From: Octopus bimaculoides
Lineage: Eukaryota
Length of the DNA stretch: 64,000 bases
Reading direction: 5' to 3'
Assembly (NCBI RefSeq): GCF_001194135.2
Contig: NC_068993.1
Span: forward strand, 16,559,027-16,623,026
A program made the translations under genes and the position numbers. Position 1 is the stretch's first letter. Each line of letters opens with the position of its first letter. Below the pieces are notes generated by a model. It worked only from the letters and a program-made list of their open reading frames with translations. It was not told the origin of the DNA and searched no databases. Positions 37,569-49,492 of this stretch are shown piece after piece.

Positions 37569-38211
37569 ATTCAGAATGTTGAAATTAGACTTTGACTAAT
37601 GGACTCAAACCTCAGTATATTACAGGTATATTGTACAAATTATGGAAGAATTGTAGCCATAAAATTGAATCTGTTGAAGTGACAACTAAAATATATATCT
37701 TGGAAAGGGCATAATTATTTTCTTTTGCTTTTTTAGTCAGGTAATTCTGCTCCAGTTAATTTTACATCATCTTCCTCGTTATCGTCATCATTATCAGTTA
37801 TTTCCCATGTATGCTTGGGTTGGTCAGGCCTTCTTCAACACAGCATCTAGCAACATGTTGCAATCCCTTGGCATCTTGTTGGATTTCAACTTCCAGAGTT
37901 AAGCTTTCCCTACTTCTCATGCTGTCTGTCCTCTTCCATAGATTCCTTCTGCTTGGATTGCTTGACATTTCATCATTGAACCTGTCAACCTTGTTATGCA
38001 TCATGTGAATGTACCATTACAACCTACACTCTTGCACACCACTAGAATTGATTCCTTTTATACCTGTTTTTTTTTCATAGATCATATGGGCCCCATCATA
38101 TGTTTACACTAGAGGTTCTCAACCAGGGCCCATATGACCCTTGTGGGTCTATATAAAATTTTGTCATTAAAATTTATCTGCAATGGAAATTGGTTACACT
38201 TCTACAATAGG

Positions 38212-38605
38212 TGCAGGCATGGCTGTGTGGTAAGAATCTTACTTCTCAACCACATGGTTCCAGGTTCAGTCTCAAGTGCATGGCACCTTGGGCAAGTGTC
38301 TTTCACTATAGCTTCAGGCCAACCAAAGCCTTGTGAGTGGATTTGGTAGACAGAAACTGAAAGAAACCTGTCATGTATGTATGTATGTATGTATGTATGT
38401 GTGTTTCTGTGTTTGTCCCCATGACAACAGGTGTTGGTGTGTTTACATCCCTCTAACTTAGCATTTTGGCAAAAGAGACCAATAGAATAAATACTATGCT
38501 TAAAAAATAAGTACTGGGTTCAATTTGTTCAACTAAAACTGTTCATGGTCGTGCTCCAGCATGGCTGCAGTCAAATGAATGAAACAAATAAAAGAAAAAA
38601 GAATA
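38212..38605 (+). mobile_element. SINE family 1 copy inserted into the hAT-like MITE
   Basis: MITE sequence on both sides (38109-38210 and 38606-38755). Confidence 0.85.
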
Positions 38606-40420
38606 ATACACAAAATATTTTCGCAATTTTTTATACAATTCCCAATAATATTTAACTGTAAAAACATGATTTTTTAAAAGCATCAAATAACTTGGAGGGT
38701 CCATATTAGTAAAATAGGAATTGAAGGGGTCCCTAGGTAAAAAAAAAAATGAATCCAAGATACTGCTTTACACTATCATTATACATTCAGTGGAGCATGC
38801 TTGCTTTAGTCCTTTCAAATCTTCACCCATCTGTACTATTCAGTGTCAGCGTTTTGCTACCATGCAGCATTATACTGAGTAACGAATGTCATTCAAAAAG
38901 AGATTCCCTTTGTTATTAGTACATGTAATAGGTCACTCAGTGTTTTTCCCATCCACTTCTTTCTCACCGATTATTATGCATATGGAATACTCTCCTTCAC
39001 TGCTAATTGGGTTACCTACTTTGAAGAAGCTATCAATTACGTCTAGGGAACCTCCTAAGCATTAAACATTTGAAAGAATTTATTTTGGGGGTGCTGTTGT
39101 ACTAATTACTTCTGCATAACTATTACATGTCAAGTTTATTTTTCTCTATCAACCTGATTGTGATCCCACTACATGTCCTGCACACACCTGGTTTACATTA
39201 TGTACACAGTATGGAACTTCCACATCTTAGGTTTCTAGACCACTTTCTAGTCCTGTGAAGGTAGGGGAAACTCCTTTCAAAATTCAAAGAGGCAGGAAAG
39301 CTTTTCATTTGGGAGAATCCTAGCAAATAGTCACAAGCTCCTTCTTTACATGTTCTTTTTCTGCAAATTGTGTATAGTCATAACTATGCTCAATTTCTCG
39401 TGAGAGACATGTCTTTTATCCTGTTAACTAAAACTGTCAGTCACCTAATCAACAGTAGAGATGTGTTCTGAAAACATAGAGGGCAGAACAGGGTAGGTAA
39501 TGTTCAAGGAGCTATTACTTCTACAGTCTACTAAGTATCATAAGATTTATTCTCTGGACGAAAAATAGATAGTATGTCACATGGTATTGGGACATAGGTA
39601 CTAGATGCAGAGGGTGTACAAATGCTGGAGTGAAACAAAGCAAATGTGCTTCATTGGATGTGTAATATTTATGTGCATGAATGATGGAGCAGAAATTAGT
39701 TGAGAAAATATTAGTATAAGAGGAATTGGATGTAGTGCTCAAAGAGAAAGGGTTGTGGTGGTATATACACATAACTGGCATTCCATCGCTTATGGCAATG
39801 AGGGTTCCAGTTAATTTGATCAACAGAACAGCCTGGCTCATGAAATTAATGTGCAAGTGGCTGAGCACTCCACAGACATGCTTACCCTTAATGTAGTTCT
39901 CAGTGATATTCAGCATGACAGAGTGGACAAGGCTGGGTTTTTGAATTACAGGTACAACTCATTTTTGCCAGCTGAGTGGACTGAGGCAATATGAAATGAA
40001 GTGTCTTGCTGAAGGACACAATGCACCACTGGTAATTGAACTTACAACTTTACGATCATAAGCTGAATACCATAACCACTTAGCCATGTGCCTTCACTAT
40101 AACATTTATAAATCGTGGGTAAAGAAGTGTCAGGAAGTCTTTGACTGGAAAGCAGTGTTAGAAGAAGAGAAAAGATTGAGGAAGACATTGGCAGGAACCT
40201 TAGGACACTGAACCTCATTGAGAAGATTGTGATTTGTGGTGGAATGGTGTGGCAGGAATTGACTTGTACAACCCATGCAAACAGAACAATGAATGTAGAA
40301 ATGATGATGATCATATGTGTGTGTGTGTGTACATACATGTATGACTATGTATGTATGTGCTATATATTTATATATATAAATTGTTTTTAACATTGGAATA
40401 TGAAGTGCATATGATGTGTA

Positions 40421-40890
40421 AATATTGGGTTAAAAATCTCCTTGAATGGAAAAAGTTGAATTATGACTATGAGTCTTGGATCCACATCTTCTGAAAATAT
40501 AACATTGTACCAAAGAAATCCTTTGAATTTTACCATTTATTTCAGTGAATTTTGCCATTTATTCTCAGCAAGAATTGTATGTTGCTTACATCATAAGATT
40601 TTTGAAACTTTGAAAAACATGAAATAAATGATTTTTAACAGTGGAATTCAAAGTAGGAAAAGCTATAAATACGATTTATTTCATAGTTGTTGAAGTTTCT
40701 ATATTCTTATGATGTAAGCAATATAAAATTCTCAATGATAAGGAACAAAGCTTTTAAAATGAATGAAGAAATTCAAAGAATTGCTTTGGTACAATGGTAG
40801 AACATCTGTCATGTTCACTGAGGATGTGGGTTTGAGTCCCATGGGCAACCTTTGACTTCTTCCATTCAAGGGATTTTTTAACTCAATATT
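40421..40890. repeat. ~470-bp fold-back with tRNA-like A/B boxes in the arms
   Basis: Arms 40421-40630 and 40674-40890. The right arm contains tggtacaatgg...gggtttgagtccc. Confidence 0.85.
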
Positions 40891-41319
40891 GAAACACTAT
40901 TATAACTTTAAAAGGCAGTGAGCTGGCAGAATCATTTGCATTCTGGACAAAATCATAGCAGCATTTCATTCATCTTTACATTCTGAGTGCAAGTGCTACC
41001 AAAGTTGTCTTGGCTTTCATTCTTTTGGGATTGCTGAAACAAGTATCTGTCAGGTGCTGGGGTTGATGAAATAATTACCAGTCAAATACTGAGGTAGATG
41101 AAATAAGTACTAGTTGATTACTGGGGTTGGTGTGATCAACTTACTCTTCCTTCAAAAACTGCCGTCCCTCTGCTACAGTTGGAAGCTTTTATTTATACAT
41201 TTTGAGTTCCACTTTTAGAAACAATTTATTTTATATTTCTTGAAGTTTCTAAATTCTTATGACGAAAGCAATATCTATTTATTTATCTATTTTTTTTTAT
41301 CGATCTATCGATTTGTGGT

Positions 41320-41712
41320 GGTTGTCTCCTCCTTATACAGAGTCTGACCACCTCTTGAACCTACACCTTATATCCATCATGATGTCTGATGTGGCTTTTT
41401 AAACCAGACAATGTATTGAAAAGACGCCCACATAGATTGCATATTCGATTTGGACCACCAAGAGCTGCAGATAAGTTCTAATCTTTGTGGATCTTAAAAT
41501 GTCTTTTGAGGCCTCTGTTAGATTTGCAGACCTTATGGCATATATGGCATTGAAAGGTGTGCACAGATATATAGGCAGAACAGTTGGTAGAGGTTTGTTT
41601 TACAAGCGAGATGACAAAAGGGCTGAGATACCTGGTGCCTGGTCATACTCAAGAAGACCCACACCCTGCAGCAGAAGTGTTAAGACCGATCCTTCTGGTT
41701 GTGTAAAGCACT
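41320..41712 (-). pseudogene. LINE (RTE-clade-like) ORF2 C-terminus with two C2H2 zinc fingers and a 3' UTR
   Basis: One minus frame gives FQCHICHKVCKSNRGLKRHFKIH KD*NLSAALGGPNR ICNLCGRLFNTLSGLKSHIRHHDGYKV* (internal TAG at 41478-41480, stop at 41361-41363). Upstream, frameshifted: KDRS...LLQGVGLLEYD. Confidence 0.8.
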
Positions 41713-42132
41713 CATAGCAGTGCCATGTAAAAGCGCCTGTGCGGTGTCACATAAAAGCCACCATGTGGCAACACATAAAAGTACCTGTGCAGCAACATGT
41801 AAAAGCCCCCATGTTGTGTCGCGTAAAAACATTCAAAACACTCTGTAAAGTAGTTAGTGTTAGGAAGGGCATCCAGCCATAGAAACTGTGCCAAATCAGA
41901 CTGGAGTTTGGTGCAGCTTCTCCTCACCAGCTTGCCAGCTCTAGTCACACTGTCCAACCCATGCCAGCATGGACAACGGATGTTAAATGATGATGATACA
42001 TATATGGTCAAATGGTTAAGAACTTAATTTGGTTTCATGGTGTCTGGGTTCAATCCTCTTGTGTGACATTTTGGGTGTTTTTTTATCATATTCTCAGTTT
42101 GCTACAAACTGGGTAGACAGAAATTGTCTACC

Positions 42133-42365
42133 CGGCAAGCTGGCAGAAACCTTAGCATGCCGGGTGGAATGCTCAGCAGTATTTCGTCTGCCGTTACGTT
42201 CTGAGTTCAAATTCCGCCGAGGTTGACTTTGCCTTTCATCCTTTCGGGGTTGATAAATTAAGTACCAGTTATGCACTGGGGTCGATATAATCGACTTAAT
42301 CCCTTTGTCTGTCCTTGTTTGTCCCCTCTATGTTTAGCCCCTTGTGGACAATAAAGAAATAAGAA
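42133..42365 (+). mobile_element. Young SINE family 2 copy
   Basis: gctggcagaaaccttagcatgccggg...ttctgagttcaaattccgccgaggttgactttgcctttcatcctttcggggttgataaattaagtaccag...aataaagaaataa. Confidence 0.9.
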
Positions 42366-42771
42366 ACTGTGGGAGCCAGCTGGATGAACACTAGCTGTAA
42401 TTCAAAGAGCTGCTCTTGTTCACATTGTATTGAACTGGTTCTGCCTGATGATTCCATTAAATTGGAATACTCAGCCACTTCTACTTATAACCAATGGGTA
42501 AATAGTTTGATTGTACATGTGGAATACTTATTGCTGAGCCCTGTGGAGACCTATTTACTTTTATATTTGTGTGCCTGTGTGTATAAACATACATATACAC
42601 ACATATAAACAAATGTTTACATATATATGCATACACGTGAGTGTCTGTGTGTGCGTGTGTATGTGTGCCTATATGTGTGTGTGTATAAATATGAATAGTT
42701 TTCTCATAAAGAAAAACATATATTACTTTCATTGGAAGTGTGTGGAGTTCATTATTTGTTTTACCTTTCAG

Positions 42772-42868
42772 CTGACTGATGAGTACAGTCACCCAAATAA
42801 GGTTGATTGTATGAAACTCTATACTGTATGGTTATGTAATCTTGGTTATATATTCTATAATCCTGCTT
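42772..42868 (+). CDS. Candidate internal exon of an unidentified host gene
   Basis: ttatttgttttacctttcag|...|gtgagt with a single open frame (LTDEYSHPNKVDCMKLYTVWLCNLGYIFYNPA). The donor could be just the start of a TG tract. Confidence 0.2.
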
Positions 42869-42887
42869 GTGAGTGTGTATATGTATG

Positions 42888-42925
<38 letters not shown>

Positions 42926-45107
42926 ACATATACTAGCATTTTTGCAGACAAACACATATGCGCACATTGTCATGCATACCCACAAGTATAAACATAATGC
43001 TTACCCTCACATATTTAGAGACACGTACAAACATACATGCACACACACTTTCACAACATTAACTTCCACATTAACACACTTACACATATACATGTTTTGG
43101 CACATACATACAAGTTTACATGTACATATTCTCATCCACACAATTGTAGATGCTACAAACATACATGCATTTACTCAGACACACATACACATATTACACA
43201 CACTCTCATTTACACACGCACATTTAGACACACACACAAATTGTGATATCTTCTAGGAACCCAATAAGAATGAGTGCTTAGATCCAGTTTCAGATGATGA
43301 GGAGACTGAGAGATTAAGTCACCCCTTTATATAGGACACCAGTACTGTACTACTGCAGGCAAATTCTCAGATGTCTGGTTCCTGTTTCCCAAATAGTTTG
43401 GTGAATTATTAGCAACATTGAATAAAGTTTACACATTAGAAAATACAAGTAAAATACCAACAACAGTTTTGAACTCATAACCCAGGAGCAAATATTTATG
43501 TATGCCCCACCCCACCTCTCTCTTTCCCCAACTCTTCTCTCCACCTCTTTTCTCATCTCCTTCACTCTCTTTATCTTTCATTTTCTCTCATTCTCTCATT
43601 GTCTTTCTCTCCATCTCTCACTTCCCTCTTTTCTCTCATTCACCAAGAGACATAATCCATCATTTTAACATCCTTTTTGTTTTTTGTTTCCCTAAGCTCT
43701 CATCTAAGATGTTACTAAGCCTTGGTACAATCTAGCATCTCCTCTTACATATTCATCATTTTCCTCGTCTCATCCCTGTGAGTCCTCAACTTTTCAAATC
43801 TCATTTTAATTTCATCTTTCCATAGCTTCTAAATCCACTTTCATCATTGCACTTTTTTTTCTTTCCACGCTATCATGTATGCATCAGATACTGTCATTAC
43901 ATTTACATATCAGTAGTCATCTCTCCTATAGACATCCAAACAATTTATAGCACTTCTATACCAGTGTTAGGTTACCCTCATTAACAGCCAAAGTTATGTC
44001 TGCGTTCACTTAAGAAACTGAGGTCTCTAAAGACCCACTTGCAATAAAAGCTCCATGTCCTATAAATTTCTCAAACTGAATTGTATTTCCTAATACAAGG
44101 GTGTCCCAAAGGTTGCCATGTACTTGCAATTTACTACTGATGTTAAAACGATCCCTTACCATGCTTTACAATTGATCTGCTAGGAATAGTAACCAAGTCT
44201 ACTTTAGATCATACTAGCATCTTAAGAAGGGAAAGATTGATTGGAAATGCAGTTCTAAAATATAGAATAATGGACTTCTGATTGAGTTGTTCAATTTTTT
44301 ATCATTTATCTTTTACTTGCTTTAGTCATTGGATTGTGCTCATACTGGGGCATTGTTTTATTGGGTTTAGTTGAACAAATCAGCTCCAGTACATCTTTTT
44401 ATATCTGGTACTTATTCTGTTGCTCTTGTTTGCTGAATCACTGTATTATCGGACGTAAACAAACCAACATCGGTTGTCTAGTTCTGATGGGTAACAAGCA
44501 CATGCACACTAACACTTTAAGCATCCACACAGTTTTCATCTACTAAATTCACCCACAGAGTATTGGTCAATGCTATGCCTATAATAGAAGACATTTACCC
44601 AAGGTGCTGCACCATGGAGTGGAACCCAAAACCACATGATTGCAAAGTGAACATCTAAACCACACAACCATGCCTGCACTTAAATGTGTTTTTTTTTTAA
44701 GAAGATGGCATGATGTGTAATTTGAAGAATATTTGGCTGTTATTTCTAGCAGCTTGAGTGATATTTGATTATGGAGAGATGCCATTATTGGTTTGCCAGC
44801 TGATGGATAATAATTCTTAATGATTACAAATGTTTTTGCAGATGTTTGGCTCCAGATCTGCTTTGATGAGACAAACCTATGATCAAATATGTTCTGACTA
44901 CTATGATTATCCTCTTTTTGTGCATAGCCAAAACTACATGGTTCCAGGTTCAGTCCTACTGCCTGGCACCTTGGGCAAGAGTCTTCTGTTATAGCCAAAC
45001 TAAATGGTCCAATGTGTTTTTTAAAATTTTTCTTATGATAGTAAGGGTGTGATTTGATGGGTAGCATTCCACCTCTTATTTCTTTCAGACTGATTGCCAT
45101 ATAAGTG

Positions 45108-45523
45108 GCACAGATGTGGCTGTGTGGTAAGAAGCTTGCTTCCCAATCACATGGTTCCATGTTCAGTCCTACTGCGTGGCAAATTGGGCAAGAGTCTTCT
45201 ACTAAAGTCTCAGGCCGACCAAAGTCTTGTGAGTGGGTTTGGTTGATGGAAACTGAATGAAGCTTGTTGTGTATATATATATTTATGTGTGTGTATCTTT
45301 GTGTCTGTGTTTGTCCCCTCCACCATCACTTAACAACCGATGTTATTGTGTTTATGTCCCTGTAACTTGGTGGTCCGGCAAAAGAGACCAATAGAATAAG
45401 TATCAGGCTTACAAAGAATAAGTCCTGGGGTCAGTTTCTTTTACTAAAAAAAAAAACCTTTAAGGTGGTGCTCCAGCATGGCCTTAGTCAAATGACTGAA
45501 ACAAGTAAAAGAATAAAAGAATA
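45108..45523 (+). mobile_element. SINE family 1 copy; further copies at 44310-44678 (-), 46015-46319 (-), 47808-48232 (-), 55535-55948 (-), 58327-58480 (+), 61135-61285 (-) and 62780-62965 (+)
   Basis: Same head, internal microsatellite and tail as 37192-37568. Confidence 0.9.
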
Positions 45524-45983
45524 AGTGTTCCAGAGAATAGTTGAGGTAAAAGAATGAAAAATGTTTCAAAAAAAGATAAATAAACAATTGAAGTTCATTA
45601 GAATTAAACATTAGAAGAAATTTTGTAGGATGATGTTTCAGATTATGTGAAATCTGTACACATTAACATAACACACTATGCAACTACAGTGCATTTCATA
45701 CTGACTGGGTAACCAAAAGTCGAAGAAGAGTACATTGGCCAGCTTGGTATACTCACACATATTTTTATTAACACACACACACATACACACAAGGGTTTTC
45801 TTTTTATAGTTTCCAAGAAAAAAGAAAAAAAAACTGCATAAATTTTTGTGTCAAGATCTGGTGATTTCAACCATCAAATGCAATGTTGGCAAGGTATTGT
45901 GAATATATTATTGACTGATTTGTTAAAATGGTTGACAAAAAATCAGGAATAAAATAAATGGAAAAAATATCTAAATTTATCTG

Positions 45984-46018
<35 letters not shown>

Positions 46019-47501
46019 TCTTTTACTTGTTTCAGTCATTTGACTGTGGCCATGGTGGAGCACCACCTTTAGTCGAGCAAATCGATCCCAGGACTTATTC
46101 TTTGTAAGGCTAGTACTTATTCTATCGGTCTCTTTTGCTGAACTGCTAAGTTATGGGGACATAAACACACCAGCATCAGTTGTCAAGCAATGTTGGGGGG
46201 ACAAACACATACACACAAACATATACACACACACATACATACATATATATATATACACACACACACACACGACGGGCTTCTTTCAGTTTCCGTCTATCAA
46301 ATTCACTCACAAGGCTTTGNNNNNNNNNNNNNNNNNNNNNNNNNNNNNNNNNNNNNNNNNNNNNNNNNNNNNNNNNNNNNNNNNNNNNNNNNNNNNNNNN
46401 NNNNNNNNNNNNNNNNNNNNNNNNNNNNNNNNNNNNNNNNNNNNNNNNNNNNNNNNNNNNNNNNNNNNNNNNNNNNNNNNNNNNNNNNNNNNNNNNNNNN
46501 NNNNNNNNNNNNNNNNNNNNNNNNNNNNNNNNNNNNNNNNNNNNNNNNNNNNNNNNNNNNNNNNNNNNNNNNNNNNNNNNNNNNNNNNNNNNNNNNNNNN
46601 NNNNNNNNNNNNNNNNNNNNNNNNNNNNNNNNNNNNNNNNNNNNNNNNNNNNNNNNNNNNNNNNNNNNNNNNNNNNNNNNNNNNNNNNNNNNNNNNNNNN
46701 NNNNNNNNNNNNNNNNNNNNNNNNNNNNNNNNNNNNNNNNNNNNNNNNNNNNNNNNNNNNNNNNNNNNNNNNNNNNNNNNNNNNNNNNNNNNNNNNNNNN
46801 NNNNNNNNNNNNNNNNNNNNNNNNNNNNNNNNNNNNNNNNNNNNNNNNNNNNNNNNNNNNNNNNNNNNNNNNNNNNNNNNNNNNNNNNNNNNNNNNNNNN
46901 NNNNNNNNNGTCAAAACAGGAAGTGTGTGTATGGGAAGACACAACTAAAGAGTATAAAACCCACAGAATTGTCTTCCCTTACACACAATTTCTGTTTTGA
47001 CACCACACTTCCTGTTTAACACAAACTCTCAGCCTTTTTTTAAACAGAACACGATTCTTAATTCCATGCATCCTAATCCATCTAACAATTATCTACATGG
47101 ATTACCATTGAACTTTAAAAACTCAAAGACAATATAATGTATTGGTATATTTATTTTTTAATATATTTTTTATATTTTTGTAAAAAACATTATTTTCATT
47201 TTCCCTCTTCTTGAAAATTTAGTTGGAGTTCTGGACTCTTTGTCAACAGGAAGTTTCTGTCTGTTCTTAGAGAAACAAGAAGTAAATTTACATGTATTCC
47301 AATGAGTAGGCGAGAGAAGGGAATATGGTCACCGAGGAGTTTGTATGTTAAGAAGCGTTTGGAATTTCTCTATAAAAAGATTCTCCTTGTTGATTCTTTC
47401 TTGTGTAGAAATTCTGTCTTTACATTGATAGAAAGGGAATATAAGGAATTTAGGTGTTTTATTTTTGGCGCAATAGTCTATGTGGCCACTGAGTGGAATT
47501 T

Positions 47502-47795
47502 GTGAAAATGCATGGCTCAGTGGTCAGAACATTGGGCTCACTATCATTAAGTAGTGAGTTCAATTCCTGGATTGGGAAATGCTGTAGAAATGAGTTGCAA
47601 TGTCAATAGTGCTCAGTTGTATTGACCTTTGCCTTTCCTTTGGATAACATCAGTAGTGTGGAGAGGAGTGGCTGGTATGCATGGATGACTGCTGGTCTTC
47701 CATAAACAACCTTGCTCAGACTTGTGCCTCGGAGGGTAACTTTCTAGGTGCAATCTCATGGTCGTTTATGACCGAAGGGGGATCTTTACTCTTTA
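47502..47795 (+). mobile_element. SINE family 3, tail type B; second copy at 62227-62530
   Basis: Head catggctcagtggtcaga...gagttcaattcc, then gaaatgagttgc...gactgctggtcttccataaacaaccttgc, shared with the 62.2 kb copy. Confidence 0.85.
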
Positions 47796-48626
47796 CCCTT
47801 ATATTTTCTTTTATTCTTCTACTTGTTTCTGTCTTTTGACTGCGACCATACTGAGGCACTGCCTAGCAGGGCTTTAGTCAAAGGAATCAACCCCAGGACT
47901 TATTTTTCAAGCCTCATACTTATTCTGTCGGTCCCTTTTGCTGAACTGCAAAGTTACAGGGATGTAACTACACCAACACTGGTTGTCAAATGGTGGTGGA
48001 GGACAAACACAGGCATAAAGATATACGTACATATATATATATATATATATATNNNNNNNNNNNNNNNNNNNNNNNNNNNNNNNNNNNNNNNNNNNNNNNN
48101 NNNNNNNNNNNNNNNNNNNNNNNNNNNNNNNNNNNNNNNNNNNNNNNNNNNNNNNAAGACACTTGTCCAAGGTGCCATGCAGTGGAACTGAACCTGGAAC
48201 CATGTTGGTGGGAAGCAAGTTTCTTATCATGCACAGTAACACAGACGGGTTGAGGTACATGCTGTTAATGCACTGGTGTGCTATCCCTGACTCTATCTTG
48301 GTGCTTTTGCTATTTCAATACGTGATTCTATCAGATCCTGAAAATTTTATTATATATTGTTTCCAAGGAGTTTCCACCTATTAGACTCTCTCACAAGACA
48401 TGGTTGGCTCAGAGCTATAATAGAAAACACTAGCCCAAAGTGTTATGCAGTAGGACTAACACCAAATTTATGTAATGTTGAACCTTTGTTCAAAAATGTC
48501 AAATTTCTGAGATGTGCTTTTGTGGCAACCTCCCACAATGCTAAACTGTTTCATGCAAAAAAAAACAAGTCTGCTTCTAAATTGCAACATTCTTCTAATT
48601 TTTGGAGATAGAGGTATATATTTGGT

Positions 48627-49028
48627 GACGAGTGGCTGCGTGGTAAGTAGCTTGCATACCAACCACATGGTTCTGGGTTCAGTCCCACTGCATGACACCT
48701 TGGGCAAGTGTCTTCTAAAGCCTCGGGCTGACCAAATCCTTGTGAGTGGATTTGATAGACGGAAACTGAAAGAAGCCCGTCGTATATATGTATATATATG
48801 TATGTGTGTGTATATGTTTGTGTGTCTGTGTTTGTCCCCCCAACATCGCTTGACAACCGATGCTGGTGTGTTTACGTCCCCGTAACTTAGCGGTTCGGCA
48901 AAAGAGACCGATAAAATAAGTACTAAGCTTCCAAAGAATAAATCCTGGGGTCAATTTGCTCGACTAAAGGCGCTGCTCCAGCATGGCCACAGTCAGATGA
49001 CTGAAACAAGTAAAAGAATAAAAGAATT
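48627..49028 (+). mobile_element. Young SINE family 1 copy
   Basis: Retains many CpGs (gacggaaactgaaagaagcccgtcg, tttacgtccccgtaacttagcggttcggc). Confidence 0.92.
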
Positions 49029-49492
49029 CAGATCAAACTGGTGAGAATTGCTATGGATGCAAAGAATTATTAATTATTCAAGAAATGAACTAACACACAG
49101 AATGAACTCTTCTGTCATAAATTTATTATTGTACAATGATGACCAGATTCACCTTTGGTTTTTCTCTGTAGCCTAACATTATATGCTGTCATCTGAAATC
49201 TTAAACAATAAGCAAGCTGTTTTGCTTTACTCTGTATTTTAGCAGTGTAAAACATTATTAGATAAATTTAAACTGAAACAGTTTTACATCTCACTTATCT
49301 TCTAATTTTGCATACAAAAATTGTTTATTTTCCTCTCATGAAAAATTATGTTTATTTTTCATGGTTTAATTGCTCTTTTTTGCTGATTTGCATTACTTTG
49401 AATTATGATCATCACTATACTCAGGACAGACAAGTCTACACTACTGGTAAAAAGCAGGCAGCAGGAGTGGCTGTGTGGTAAGTAGCTTGCTT

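Noticed and set aside
40783-40850. tRNA gene (also the SINE heads at 3593, 37192, 48627 and 62227)
   Set aside because: Only A/B boxes are present. No intact cloverleaf or acceptor stem was verified, and the heads continue into repeat bodies.
41361-41555. Host C2H2-ZNF gene exon
   Set aside because: No TGEKP linker, an internal stop, LINE-like upstream residues and a LINE-like 3' UTR.
41487-41717. Plus-strand 76-aa ORF
   Set aside because: It is the antisense shadow of the minus-strand zinc-finger/LINE frame.
41716-41830. CRISPR-like array
   Set aside because: Eukaryotic context, degenerate contiguous units without unique spacers, and no cas genes.
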